Source: an uncultured Acidobacteriota bacterium
GTDB taxonomy: Bacteria > Acidobacteriota > Thermoanaerobaculia > Multivoradales > UBA5704
NCBI GenBank assembly: GCA_963770895.1
Contig: CAVYRF010000002.1
Coordinates: 1,088,001-1,152,000 of the forward strand
DNA length: 64,000 nucleotides
Direction: 5' to 3'
The notes under the pieces were generated by a model. It was given only the letters and a program-made list of their open reading frames with translations, did no database searches and had not been told where the DNA came from. The position numbers and the translations under genes were made by a program. Positions 31,427 through 46,986 of the stretch are shown here, one piece after another. Positions within the stretch are counted from its first letter, which is position 1. Each line of letters starts with the position of its first letter.

Positions 31427-32275
31427 GATAAGAGCCCTCGTATTCGAATGGCAGGTTGCGCTCGTACACCTTGGCATTGTACCGACCGCGGGCATCCTGC
31501 ACCAGCGACGCCACCGTGCGGTCGGCGCGAACGCGCCGCAACCGGTCGGCGATCTGGTCGTGGGCGGCGGCCAGCGGCACCACCTCGGCAGGCAGCTTTT
31601 CGAGGACCTGGAAGAGATGAAAGCCGTATTCGGCGGGGAGGATCTGGCTGACCTGGCCGGGGCGCAGGCTGAAGATCGCGTCCACGAAGGCCGGCGGCAG
31701 GTCGGAGCGCGCCAGCTCTCCCTGGTAGCCGCCGGCGGCGGCGCCGGCATCGTGCGACAGGCGGCGGGCCACCGCCGCGAAGTCCTCGCCGCGCTGGAGC
31801 GCCGCCAGCGCCTGCTGCGCCGAGCGGCGGTCCTCGGTGAGGATCTGGCGCAGCCGCACGCGCTCGGGCCGGGCGTAGTCTTGGGCGTGGGCCTGGTACC
31901 AGGCGGCGATCTCGCCTTCGGGCGGCGGCGCGCCGCCGGCGGCATGCAGCAGCGCGTCGATGGCCTGTCGCGACGTGGCGCCGGCCGGCACCAGGCCGCG
32001 GTCGCGGGCCAGCCGCAGCAACAGCCGTTCGTCCAGGAACTGGTCGAACAGCTGGCTGAGCACGTCGCTGGCCACCACCGTGTCGGCGTCTCCCACGCTT
32101 TGCGACAGGTACACCTGGAACTCGGAGTAGCGGATTTCGCTGGCGCCGATGCGCGCCGCGACGTCGGGGGCGGGCTGCGGCGGGCGCTGGCGGCAGCCGG
32201 CGGCGCCCAGCCAGCACGCGGCGGCCAGCGCCGGCAGCAGCGCCGGCGACGCCAGGATCCGCCGCAGCCGGCGGC

Positions 32276-32279
<4 letters not shown>
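31338..32279 (-). CDS. Parvulin-type PPIase lipoprotein (PrsA/PpiC-like)
   Basis: Lipobox AAGC; RVRLRQIL, GEDFAAVARRLS, GQVSQI..YGFHLFQV; ATG overlaps the mfd stop. Confidence 0.88.
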
Positions 32280-35770
<3,491 letters not shown>

Positions 35771-35991
35771 CAGGCGTAAGTCTACCGCGAAGTCCCGGAC
35801 CCCGCCGCCGGCATCCCAGTCGGCGGCACCAACCTCCGGCCCTGGGCGGCGCGCCAGCGCCGCAGCTTGAGGACATGCGCCCGTGCTGTGTTAGGCTGCC
35901 GCCGCTGTTTTATGGGCGATCTGGCTCCTGAACGATGGCATCGGCCCGGCCGGCCGCGGGCGGCGCGCTGGGAGAGGGTTGGAGGTTCGAC

Positions 35992-36528
35992 ATGCTTGAC
36001 CGGTTCCCACAGGAAGCGGCGTTGCGCGATGGCAGCCGCTTGCTGGTGCGCCCCTTTACCGCGACGGACACCGAAGCTCTGTACAGCTTTTTCCAGCGCC
36101 TGCCCGAGCAGGTGCGCCGCTTTGCCTGGGACCGCATCGAAAGCCGCGCGCTGGTCGAGCAGTGGGGGCGCGAGCTGGACTACGACCGGGTGCTGCCGCT
36201 GATCGCCACCGACGGCCACCAGATCGTCGCCGACGCCACCCTGCACCGCCGCAAGGGCAGCCCGCTGCGCCTGGTCGGGCGCATCAAGTGGCTGATCGAT
36301 CCCAAGTTCCGCGGCCTGGGCCTGGGCACCGCCCTGGTCAACGATTTCATCCGCATCGCCCGCGCCGACGGCCTGCGCCACCTCACCTGCATGCTCATCG
36401 CCGACCTCGAAGCCGACGCCGTGGAAACCCTGACCGGCCTGGGGTTTCAAAGCTACCTCATCGAGGGCTACGGCACCGACCCGGACGGCAACCAGCACGA
36501 CATGGTGAAGATGGTGCTCAAGCTCTGA
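35992..36528 (+). CDS. GNAT family N-acetyltransferase
   Basis: LRDGSRLLVRP, LDYDRVLPL, FRGLGLGTAL acetyl-CoA motif; GGAGG RBS. Confidence 0.88.
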   Translation: MLDRFPQEAALRDGSRLLVRPFTATDTEALYSFFQRLPEQVRRFAWDRIESRALVEQWGRELDYDRVLPLIATDGHQIVADATLHRRKGSPLRLVGRIKWLIDPKFRGLGLGTALVNDFIRIARADGLRHLTCMLIADLEADAVETLTGLGFQSYLIEGYGTDPDGNQHDMVKMVLKL

Positions 36529-36600
36529 CCCCGCCGCGCGCGGGGCGGGCGGTGTACGATCTGGGGGCGCGCACTGCTGCGACCGCACCCGGAGCCTGAT

Positions 36601-38397
<1,797 letters not shown>

Positions 38398-38434
38398 TGG
38401 CCCGAAGCATGACGCTAGCCAAGGAACGTTCTGC

Positions 38435-39109
38435 ATGACAGGCATCGTGCTGCCGCCCGTACTGCCGCTCTTCCCGCTCACCGGCTCCCTGCTGCTGCCC
38501 GGCAACTGGCTGCCGCTCAACATCTTCGAGCCGCGCTACCGCAACATGGTCGAAGACGCCCTGGAAGGGGAATCGTGGGTCGGCATGATCCAGCCCTTCA
38601 CGCCGCACCCGGACAACTGGCCCAACCTGGAAGCCGAGCCCACCAACCCGCAGCTCTACGACATCGGCTGTGCCGGCCGCATCGAACGCTCCGAAGCCCA
38701 GGCAGATGGGCGCTACGTCATCCTGCTCAAGGGCGTCAGCCGCTTTCGCGTGCGCGAAGAGCTGGCCCTGCATCGCGGCTACCGGCGGGCGGCCGCCGAC
38801 TACAGCGACTTCGCCGCCGACCTGGGCGAACCCGAAGCCGAGCTCGACCCGGCGCGCCTCCTGTACGCCGTGCGCTCCTTCGGCAAGGCCCAGGGCCTCT
38901 CCTTCGATCTGGACGTGCTCGCCGCCCTGCCCGGCGTCGCGCTGCTCAACGGCCTCGCCGTAGCCCTCCCCTTCCAGCCCGCCGAAAAGCAGGCCCTGCT
39001 GGAAGCGACCGATCCCCACCAGCGCGAACAGATGCTCCTCACCCTGATGGGCATGGGCATCGACACCGCCGGCGCCGGCGAATCCTACACTCCCCCCACC
39101 GTGCACTGA
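38435..39109 (+). CDS. LON peptidase substrate-binding (N-terminal) domain protein
   Basis: LPLFPL..LLLPG..LPLNIFEPRYRNMV, DGRYVILLKG, EKQALLEA. Confidence 0.92.
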   Translation: MTGIVLPPVLPLFPLTGSLLLPGNWLPLNIFEPRYRNMVEDALEGESWVGMIQPFTPHPDNWPNLEAEPTNPQLYDIGCAGRIERSEAQADGRYVILLKGVSRFRVREELALHRGYRRAAADYSDFAADLGEPEAELDPARLLYAVRSFGKAQGLSFDLDVLAALPGVALLNGLAVALPFQPAEKQALLEATDPHQREQMLLTLMGMGIDTAGAGESYTPPTVH

Positions 39110-40536
39110 TGCCCGCCGCGGTAAGCGGCGCCGGGCTGTACCTGCACGTGCCGTTCTGCTCGGCGATCTGCCCCTACTGCGACTTCGCGGTGCAGACCGG
39201 CGGCCGCGAGCGGCGGGCCGGCTTCGTGGATAGCCTGGCGGCGGAAATGGCCTTGTGGCGGCAGGACGACGACGACGGCGACTCCGACGGCGAAGCCGGC
39301 AGCCACTCTGGCAGCCACTCTGACAGCGACGCCGGCAACGCTCCTGACAGCGACGCCGGCGCCGGTGGCAGGCAGCGGTGGGGGACGTTCGACACCGTGT
39401 ACTTCGGCGGCGGCACGCCCTCGGCGCTGGCCGGCGACCAGATCGAGCACCTGCTGGCGGCGGCGCGCCAGGCGCTGCCGATCGCGGACGATGCCTGGGT
39501 GGCGCTGGAAGCCAATCCGGAAGATGTCACCGAAGAAGCCCTGCGCCGCTGGCGGGGCCTGGGAATCGCCATGCTGTCGCTCGGCGTGCAGTCCTTCGAC
39601 GCAGCCACCCTGCGGTTCCTCGGCCGGCGCCACGATCCGGCCCAGGCGCGGCGAGCCGTCGAACTGGCCCTGGCGGCCGGTTTTCCGATCGTCTCCGTGG
39701 ACCTGATGTACGGCAGCCCCAACCAAGCCAAGGCCCCCCCTTCGCCGATGCAAGGCCAAGCCCAGCAATCAGCCAATGAATCCCGGCAAGCGGCGGATCG
39801 GGGCTTACAGCTGGCAGGCGAGGCCGCGCAGCTGGCGGGCTTGGCTGGCCAGCTGCGCGGTGACGCGCTGCAGACCTGGCGTCGCGACCTGGAAACCCTG
39901 GTGGCGCTGGCACCCCAGCACATCTCCTGCTACCAGCTGACGATCCATTCCGGGACGGCCTTCGGCACGCGCGCGGCGCGCGGCGACCTGGCCGAGCTGC
40001 CCGAGGACGAGCAGGCCCTGCTGTTTCGCTTCACGCACACCTTCCTGCGGGATCATGGCTACACCGGCTACGAAGTCTCCAACTTTGCCAGCGCGCCAGC
40101 CCACCAGTCACGCCACAACCGCAAGTATTGGGACCACACACCCTACCTGGGCCTGGGCCCCTCCGCCCACTCCTTTGACGGGCGGCGGCGCTGGTGGAAC
40201 GAGCGCAAGCTGGCCACCTACCAGGCCAAGCTCATCGCGGGCCAGCGGCCGGTCGCCGGCGAAGAAACCCTGACGCCCGCCGACCTTGCCCTGGAAGAGC
40301 TCATGCTGGCGCTGCGCACCGCCGCCGGGCTCGACCTGGCCGGCTTCCACCGCCGCCACGGCGTCGACCTCGCAGCCGGCAACCGCCAGCTGCTCGACGA
40401 CCTTGTCGCCCGCGGCCTTGCCACCCAGCAAGCCGGCCACCTGGTGCCATCCCTCGAAGGCCTCGCCGTAGCCGACTACCTGGCGCGCGCCTTCGATCTG
40501 ACCCCACCCAGCCACGCCACATCGCAAAGCCCTTGA
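39109..40536 (+). CDS. hemW: Radical SAM heme chaperone HemW (HemN-like)
   Basis: LYLHVPFCSAICPYCDF, YFGGGTPS, YEVSNF, HNRKYW; ATG overlaps the upstream stop. Confidence 0.92.
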   Translation: MPAAVSGAGLYLHVPFCSAICPYCDFAVQTGGRERRAGFVDSLAAEMALWRQDDDDGDSDGEAGSHSGSHSDSDAGNAPDSDAGAGGRQRWGTFDTVYFGGGTPSALAGDQIEHLLAAARQALPIADDAWVALEANPEDVTEEALRRWRGLGIAMLSLGVQSFDAATLRFLGRRHDPAQARRAVELALAAGFPIVSVDLMYGSPNQAKAPPSPMQGQAQQSANESRQAADRGLQLAGEAAQLAGLAGQLRGDALQTWRRDLETLVALAPQHISCYQLTIHSGTAFGTRAARGDLAELPEDEQALLFRFTHTFLRDHGYTGYEVSNFASAPAHQSRHNRKYWDHTPYLGLGPSAHSFDGRRRWWNERKLATYQAKLIAGQRPVAGEETLTPADLALEELMLALRTAAGLDLAGFHRRHGVDLAAGNRQLLDDLVARGLATQQAGHLVPSLEGLAVADYLARAFDLTPPSHATSQSP

Positions 40537-40595
40537 GTGAGCCTGTAGCGAGGCACTGGCTGAAAGAGCCCCTCACCGGTTGATCCCCTTGCGCT

Positions 40596-40678
40596 GCCCC
40601 GGTGCGCCAAGACAGCTCCGCTCGCCCCCCCGGCCCGATCGCGGACGCGCCGCAGGCGCGCCGCGGTCGGGGCAACCA
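40596..40678 (+). repeat. 83-bp REP-like hairpin repeat, copy A
   Basis: 77/83 identical by eye to the reverse complement of 46887-46969; hairpin CCGATCGCGG-aCGCGCC-GCA-GGCGCG-CCGCGGTCGG. Confidence 0.9.
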
Positions 40679-40734
40679 GCGGGCCGGCGCCGGCCAGGGC
40701 ACGGCGCCGGCGGCGAACGGGACGCGGCGGGCGA

Positions 40735-41424
40735 TCAGTGGACGCGCTTGGAGGTCATGTCCATGACCTTGAGGTCCTGGCCGCCGGGGCCGGCGCCGAC
40801 CATGTACATCTCCGTGTGGTAGGTGTCGTTGTCGATGAAGGTGATCACCTGCTTGCTGGTCGTCTTCTTGCCCGAGGCGGGGTCGACTTCGTCGCCGGTC
40901 TCCGTCAGCACCTTGCAGGGATCGTCGCAGGTGCCGCGGAGGATCATCACGCCGGTGCCCATGTTGTCGAACCAGGTGGTGAAGTATTCGTGGGCGCCGT
41001 TGTCGTAGCCCTCCACGCCGCGGCCTTCGAAGGGCTGGCCCATGAACGAGCCCTTGTGGGTCTCATTGAGGTAGCGTCCACCCATCATCATCGAGGCTTC
41101 CGTGGTGGAGTTGAACTCGGTGGCGCCGCCGGGACCCATCCAGGACTTGCCGGTGACCTTCCACTTGCCGGCCATCACCGCCAGGCGCTTGTGCTGCTCG
41201 CCCGGCTGGGCGGCCTTGCTGTACGCGTCCATCATCGCCTTCATCGCGTCGGCGGAACCGCCGGGCTTCATCGAGTCGCCAGCGCCGGCCGGCGTACCGG
41301 CGGGAGCCATGGCGGGACTTCCGGCCTGTGCACCCTGGGCCTGCAGCGCGCACGGCGCGACGAGCGCCAGGGTGGCAACGGTCAAGGCGGTCGCGAAGGT
41401 CCCGGACAGGAAACGGATCTGCAT
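40735..41424 (-). CDS. Exported DUF1579-family protein
   Basis: Signal peptide; QPGEQHKRL..GKW, MGGRYL, FEGRGVEGYDN, WFDNMGT; GAAAGGAG RBS. Confidence 0.85.
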   Translation of the reverse strand: MQIRFLSGTFATALTVATLALVAPCALQAQGAQAGSPAMAPAGTPAGAGDSMKPGGSADAMKAMMDAYSKAAQPGEQHKRLAVMAGKWKVTGKSWMGPGGATEFNSTTEASMMMGGRYLNETHKGSFMGQPFEGRGVEGYDNGAHEYFTTWFDNMGTGVMILRGTCDDPCKVLTETGDEVDPASGKKTTSKQVITFIDNDTYHTEMYMVGAGPGGQDLKVMDMTSKRVH

Positions 41425-41723
41425 GAGCTGCTCTCCTTTCAGACAAGTTTCAACCGACGGTAAACCGGATCGGCAGCCGCGTGCAGGGCGATCTGCCGCC
41501 CGTACGCAGCCCACCTGGCCGGCACTGCAACAATCAGGGATCGGAGGAGGCGTCGGGGCCGAGCGTCTGCGGAGAGCTGGACGGGATCGAGCCGCGCTTG
41601 ACCTTACGCCTTGTTACCGCATACCCTATCAGGGTGCTGAGACACCGTCAAGCCGCCGCCCGCCAGGGCCGCCGGGGCCATCCAGCCGCCGCCACGGCAG
41701 CCCGTCATAGAATGGGCCGGTCG

Positions 41724-43808
41724 ATGCGCACCGACAACTACGACTCCTCCTCCATCGAAGTCCTGACCGGGCTCGAGCCGGTACGCCGGCGCCCCGGCAT
41801 GTACACGTTCACCGACCGGCCCGACCACCTGGCGCAGGAAGTGATCGACAACGCCGCCGATGAGGCGATCGCCGGCCACTGCTCCAACATCGACGTGACG
41901 CTCTATCAGGACGGCTCGCTCGCCGTCGCCGACGACGGCCGCGGCATGCCGGTGGACAAGCATCGCGGAGAAAAGGTGTCCGGCGTCGAGGTAATTCTGA
42001 CCCGCCTGCACTCCGGCGCCAAGTTCGCCGACGGCAACTACCGCTTTTCGGGCGGCCTGCACGGCGTCGGCGTGTCGGTGGTCAACGCCCTGTCGCGCCA
42101 GCTGGAAGTGTGGGTCAAGCGCGACGGGCGTGAGCACCACATGACTTTCGCCGACGGCGACAAGACCAGCGAGCTGCGCGTGATCGGCACCGTCGGCCAG
42201 CGCAACACCGGCACCACCGTGCGCTTCTGGCCCGACCCCAAGTTTTTCGATTCGCCCAAGTTCACCATCCCGCGCATCAAGCACTCGCTGCGCGCCAAGG
42301 CGGTGCTCTGTCCTGGCGTACACCTGCGCTTCACGCACGAGGGAACGCCCGAGGACGACGAAGAGTGGTATTACGAAGACGGCCTGACCGCCTACCTGCT
42401 CGACGAGCTGGCCGGCGCGGATCGCGTGCCCACCGAGCCGTTCGTAGGCCACTTCAAGGGCCAGGACGAAGAAGTGGATTGGGCGGTCGTCTGGCTCACC
42501 GACGACTCCGCCCTGGTGGGCGAAAGCTACGTCAACCTCATCCCCACGCCGCAGGGCGGCACCCACGTCAACGGCTTCCGCTCCGGCCTCACCGAAGCGC
42601 TGCGCGAATTCTGCGAGTTCCGCGACCTGCTGCCGCGGGGAGTGAAGCTGGCGCCCGAAGACGTCTGGGCGCGCTGCGCCCACGTGCTGTCGGTCAAGAT
42701 GCGCGAACCGCAGTTCACCGGCCAGACCAAGGAGCGCCTGTCGTCGCGCGAAGCGGCGGCCTTTGTCGCCGGCGTCACCAAGGACGCCTGCGGCCTGTGG
42801 CTCAACCAGCACACCGACGACGCCGAGCGCATCGCCCGCCTGGCGATCGAAAGCGCCCAGGCGCGCCTGCGGGCAGGCAAGCAGGTCAAGCGCAAGACCG
42901 TGACCAGCGGCCCGGCGCTGCCCGGCAAGCTGGCCGACTGCGCCAGCCAGGACCTGCAATCGACGGAACTGTTCCTGGTCGAAGGCGACTCGGCGGGCGG
43001 CTCGGCAAAGCAGGCCCGCAGCCGCGAGTTCCAGGCCATCCTGCCGCTGCGCGGCAAGATCCTCAACACCTGGGAAGTCGATCCCTCGCAGGTGCTCGGA
43101 TCGCAGGAGGTGCACGACATCGCCGTGGCGCTGGGCGTCGATCCCGGCTCGCAGGACGTCAGCGGGCTGCGCTACGGCAAGATCTGCATCCTGGCCGACG
43201 CCGACTCCGACGGCGCCCACATCGCCAGCCTCCTGTGCGCCCTCTTCCTGCGCCACTTCCGGCCGCTGGTCGCGGCGGGCAGAATCCACGTCGCCATGCC
43301 GCCGCTCTACCGCATCGACATCGGCAAGGACGTTTTCTACGCCCTCGACGACCGCGAAAAGACCGGCATCCTGGACCGCATCGCCGCCGAAAAGCTGCGC
43401 GGCAAGGTCAACGTCCAGCGCTTCAAGGGGCTGGGTGAAATGAACCCGATGCAGCTGCGCGAAACCACCATGGCGCGCGACACCCGCCGCCTGGTGCAGC
43501 TGCTGATCCCGCCACCGGCCGCCGCCGTGCCCACCGCCGCCGACCAGGCCGCCGCAGCCGCGCTGGGCGACGCCGCCCCGCCGCCGGCAACGCAGCTCAC
43601 GCTCACACCGCCGCCCGGCGAACCTGCGGACCTCCCCGCCGCACCCGGCACGCCCGGCGCGCCCGGCGCTCCCGCCAACAACGACGGCGATCAGGACGGC
43701 ATGGCCAACGTCGACGCCATCCTCGACATGCTGCTCGCCAAGGGGCGCGCAGCCGACCGCCGCGAATGGCTCATGCGTCAGGGCGACCGCGCCCAGGTCG
43801 ACGTCTAG
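41724..43808 (+). CDS. parE: DNA topoisomerase IV subunit B
   Basis: IEVLTGLEPVRRRPGMYT, LAQEVIDN, EGDSAGG, PLRGKILNTWE, DADSDG, RFKGLGEMNP; adjacent to parC. Confidence 0.96.
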   Translation: MRTDNYDSSSIEVLTGLEPVRRRPGMYTFTDRPDHLAQEVIDNAADEAIAGHCSNIDVTLYQDGSLAVADDGRGMPVDKHRGEKVSGVEVILTRLHSGAKFADGNYRFSGGLHGVGVSVVNALSRQLEVWVKRDGREHHMTFADGDKTSELRVIGTVGQRNTGTTVRFWPDPKFFDSPKFTIPRIKHSLRAKAVLCPGVHLRFTHEGTPEDDEEWYYEDGLTAYLLDELAGADRVPTEPFVGHFKGQDEEVDWAVVWLTDDSALVGESYVNLIPTPQGGTHVNGFRSGLTEALREFCEFRDLLPRGVKLAPEDVWARCAHVLSVKMREPQFTGQTKERLSSREAAAFVAGVTKDACGLWLNQHTDDAERIARLAIESAQARLRAGKQVKRKTVTSGPALPGKLADCASQDLQSTELFLVEGDSAGGSAKQARSREFQAILPLRGKILNTWEVDPSQVLGSQEVHDIAVALGVDPGSQDVSGLRYGKICILADADSDGAHIASLLCALFLRHFRPLVAAGRIHVAMPPLYRIDIGKDVFYALDDREKTGILDRIAAEKLRGKVNVQRFKGLGEMNPMQLRETTMARDTRRLVQLLIPPPAAAVPTAADQAAAAALGDAAPPPATQLTLTPPPGEPADLPAAPGTPGAPGAPANNDGDQDGMANVDAILDMLLAKGRAADRREWLMRQGDRAQVDV

Positions 43809-43973
43809 TGGCCTGTACCAGCAAAATCCGTAGTGCCTGGCTTGCCCTCGACGGCTGGGGCGGCGTTGCGCCTCCTCGACATAGCTTCGACTATGCCTGC
43901 GTCGGCGCGCCTGGCCCCCGCCGCCGACTGCCGGCGCCATCCACTACGAAATTTCACTGGTACAGGCCACTAG
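43805..43973. mobile_element. MITE-like fold-back element, copy 1, inserted at the parE stop codon
   Basis: 17-bp perfect terminal IR CTAGTGGCCTGTACCAG extending imperfectly to ~31 bp; CTAG at both ends; core shared with 50033-50198. Confidence 0.8.
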
Positions 43974-44007
43974 TGTCCCGGCCACTAGTGCCAGCTCACC
44001 AGGTGGG

Positions 44008-46560
44008 GTGCCAATAGTGGCCGGGCGCCGCGGCTCCAGCAACGGGGACGACACCCCGCGCCTGCCGTTCGGGTCCGCCGGCACGGTGGACCCGCCGCCG
44101 GCGGCTGGCGGGGCCGGCCAACCCGATCGCGCGGCAGAACGCGGCAAGTCCGCCGCGGCGCGGGATGCGGCCGGCGGCGCTGGCGCCAGGGACGGTCGTG
44201 GCGCCAGGGGAGGTGGTGGCGCCGCCGGCGGCGGTGGTGGCGCCAAGGGCGGCGGCGGCACCAAAAGCGGCAGCGGCGGCAGGGGCAACGGCGGCCGCCG
44301 CGGCGCCGGCGGCGGCTTGGCGGCGCAACTGCCGCCGCCGGACGTCGAGCGTCTGGCGCTCGCGCGCTTCGCCGAAAAGGCGTACCTCGACTATTCGATG
44401 TACGTCATTCTGGACCGCGCGCTGCCCCACCTGGCCGACGGGCTCAAACCGGTGCAACGTCGCATCGTCTTCGCGATGTCCGAGCTGAGCCTGTCGTCCA
44501 ACGCCAAGTTCAAGAAGTCGGCGCGCACCGTCGGCGACGTCATCGGCAAGTATCACCCCCACGGCGACGCCGCCTGCTACGAGGCGATGGTGCTGATGGC
44601 GCAGCCGTTCAGCATGCGGTACCCGCTGGTGGACGGCCAGGGCAACTGGGGCTCGCAGGACGACCCCAAGTCGTTTGCCGCCATGCGCTACACGGAAGCG
44701 CGGCTGACGCCGTTCGCACAGACGCTGCTGTCCGAGCTGGGCCAGGGCACCGTCGATTGGGGACCCAACTTTGACGGCACCCTGGAAGAGCCCAAGCTGA
44801 TGCCGGCGCGGCTGCCGCACGTGCTGCTCAACGGCGCCTCGGGCATCGCCGTAGGCATGGCGACCGACATTCCGCCGCACAACGCGCGCGAAGTCGCCGC
44901 CGCCTGCACGCTGCTGCTCGACGACCCGGACGTGGCCGACGACCGCCTGTGGGAAGCCCTGCCCGGCCCCGACTTTCCCACCGACGCCGAAATCATCACG
45001 CCGCTGGCCGAGCTGCGCAAGATTCACGAGACCGGGAGCGGCTCGCTGCGCATCCGCGCCGTCTGGGAGCGCGACGACGGCGACATCGTGGTCACCGCCC
45101 TGCCCTACCAGGTTTCCGGCAGCAAGGTGCTCGCCCAGATCGCCGCGCAGATGCAGGCCAAGAAGCTGCCCATGGTCGAAGACCTGCGCGACGAATCCGA
45201 CCACGAAAACCCCACCCGGCTGGTTATCACGCCGCGCTCCAACCGCGTCGATCCGCAGGCGCTGATGGACCACCTGTTCGCCACCACCGAGCTGGAACGC
45301 TCCTACCGCGTCAACCTGACCGTGATCGGCCTGGACGGCAGGCCGCGCCTGACCGGGGTGCGCCGCCTGCTCGCCGACTGGCTCCTTTTCCGCATCGAAA
45401 CGGTGCGGCGCCGCCTGCGCTTCCGCTATGAGAAGGTGCTCACCCGCCTCCACCTGCTGGACGGCTTCCTGATCGCCTTTCTCAACATCGACGAGGTCAT
45501 CCGCATCATCCGCACGGAGGACCAACCCAAACCGCGCCTGATGGAGCGCTTCCACCTCACCGACACCCAGGCCGAAGCGATCCTGGAGCTCAAGCTCCGC
45601 CACCTGGCGCGCCTCGAAGAGATGAAGATCCGCGGCGAACAGGACGAGCTGCGCCAGGAGCGCGACGCCCTCGAAAAGCTCCTGTCCAGCGAAGCCCGCC
45701 TGCGCCGCCGCGTGCGCGACGAGCTGGTCGCCGACGCCCGCGAGCTGGGCGACGCCCGCCGCTCGCCGCTGGTCGAGCGCGGCGCCGCCCGCCCCTTCGA
45801 CGAAGCCGTGCTGGTGCCCGTCGAGCCCGTCACCGTCGTGCTCTCCGCCAAGGGATGGGTGCGCGCCGCCAAGGGCCACGAGCTGGACCCCGCGGAGCTG
45901 CCCTACAAAGCCGGCGACGCCTTCCTGCAGGCCGCCCGCGGCAAGACCAGCCAGCTCGCCGTCTTCCTGGATTCCACCGGCCGCACCTACGCCCTGCCCG
46001 CCCACGGCCTGCCCTCTGCCCGCGGCCACGGCGAGCCGCTCTCCTCGCAGCTCTCGCCTCCCGCCGCCGCCACCTTCGCCGGCCTGATGATGGGCAGCGA
46101 CCAGGACCTCTTCCTGCTCGCCACCGCCGCCGGCTACGGCTTCGTCGCCGCCCTGAGCGACCTGGTCACCCGCAACCGCACCGGCAAGGCGGCCCTCACC
46201 GTCTCCCCCGGCATCCCGGTCCTGCCGCCGCAAGCCGCCACCGACCGCGACCACGATCGTGTCGCCGCCGTCACCAGCTCCGGCCACTTGCTGGTCTTTC
46301 CCCTGCGCGATCTGCCCCTGCTCGCCCGCGGCAAAGGCGTCCGCATCATCGCCCTGCCCGCCGGCAAGCGCGCCCGCGCCGAATCCCTCCTGCACATCGC
46401 CGTCGTCCCCCAGGGCGCCCACCTCAAGGTCCACGCCGGCAAGCAATACCTCCACCTCAAGCCCGCCGACCTGGAACCCTACCAATCCGACCGCGCCCTC
46501 CGCGGCACCCTCCTCCCCCGCGGCTACCAAGCCGTCACCGCCCTGGAACCGCTCCCCTAA
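44008..46560 (+). CDS. parC: DNA topoisomerase IV subunit A
   Basis: [37 protein letters not shown] (catalytic Tyr); the true start may be later (TTG 44317) because the N-terminus is Gly-rich. Confidence 0.96.
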   Translation: MPIVAGRRGSSNGDDTPRLPFGSAGTVDPPPAAGGAGQPDRAAERGKSAAARDAAGGAGARDGRGARGGGGAAGGGGGAKGGGGTKSGSGGRGNGGRRGAGGGLAAQLPPPDVERLALARFAEKAYLDYSMYVILDRALPHLADGLKPVQRRIVFAMSELSLSSNAKFKKSARTVGDVIGKYHPHGDAACYEAMVLMAQPFSMRYPLVDGQGNWGSQDDPKSFAAMRYTEARLTPFAQTLLSELGQGTVDWGPNFDGTLEEPKLMPARLPHVLLNGASGIAVGMATDIPPHNAREVAAACTLLLDDPDVADDRLWEALPGPDFPTDAEIITPLAELRKIHETGSGSLRIRAVWERDDGDIVVTALPYQVSGSKVLAQIAAQMQAKKLPMVEDLRDESDHENPTRLVITPRSNRVDPQALMDHLFATTELERSYRVNLTVIGLDGRPRLTGVRRLLADWLLFRIETVRRRLRFRYEKVLTRLHLLDGFLIAFLNIDEVIRIIRTEDQPKPRLMERFHLTDTQAEAILELKLRHLARLEEMKIRGEQDELRQERDALEKLLSSEARLRRRVRDELVADARELGDARRSPLVERGAARPFDEAVLVPVEPVTVVLSAKGWVRAAKGHELDPAELPYKAGDAFLQAARGKTSQLAVFLDSTGRTYALPAHGLPSARGHGEPLSSQLSPPAAATFAGLMMGSDQDLFLLATAAGYGFVAALSDLVTRNRTGKAALTVSPGIPVLPPQAATDRDHDRVAAVTSSGHLLVFPLRDLPLLARGKGVRIIALPAGKRARAESLLHIAVVPQGAHLKVHAGKQYLHLKPADLEPYQSDRALRGTLLPRGYQAVTALEPLP

Positions 46561-46886
46561 CCTCAAGGTTTTCAGCAGATGTCGAGCAGGGCCGGTGGCA
46601 GTCGCCTGTCCCGGCGCTCCCGGCAGAGAACAACGCCACCCGTGCCGCCGAGGGCAAGCCAGGCGCTTTCGATTCGATGTGGACAGGCCGCTGGTTAGTG
46701 GCCCGGCAACCGGATTCAAATCGCCCGTTACCACCTCTACCCGTAGAGCGGTCGTTGCGATTGCGGGGAAAGCCGCCGCACAGAAGGTTGGCAAGAGAAG
46801 GGGCTTTGGTAAGAAATCGTAGCCGGGCGCACACTCTGAGCATCCGAGCACTCAGCAGCAGGCTGGGGTCGCTGGACCTTCCCCAT

Positions 46887-46969
46887 TGGTTGCCCCGACC
46901 GCGGCGCGCCTGCGGCGCGTCCGCGGTCGGGCCGGGGGGGCGAGCGGAGGCGTCTTGCCGAATCGGGGC
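46887..46969 (-). repeat. 83-bp REP-like hairpin repeat, copy B (inverted relative to A)
   Basis: Reverse complement of 40596-40678 with 6 mismatches. Confidence 0.9.
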
Positions 46970-46986
46970 GCGGCGCCGCCCCAGGG

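Noticed and set aside
43805-43973. Fold-back element as a simple intrinsic terminator or tRNA
   Set aside because: No U-tract or cloverleaf; it lies within the parE-parC unit and has a related copy elsewhere
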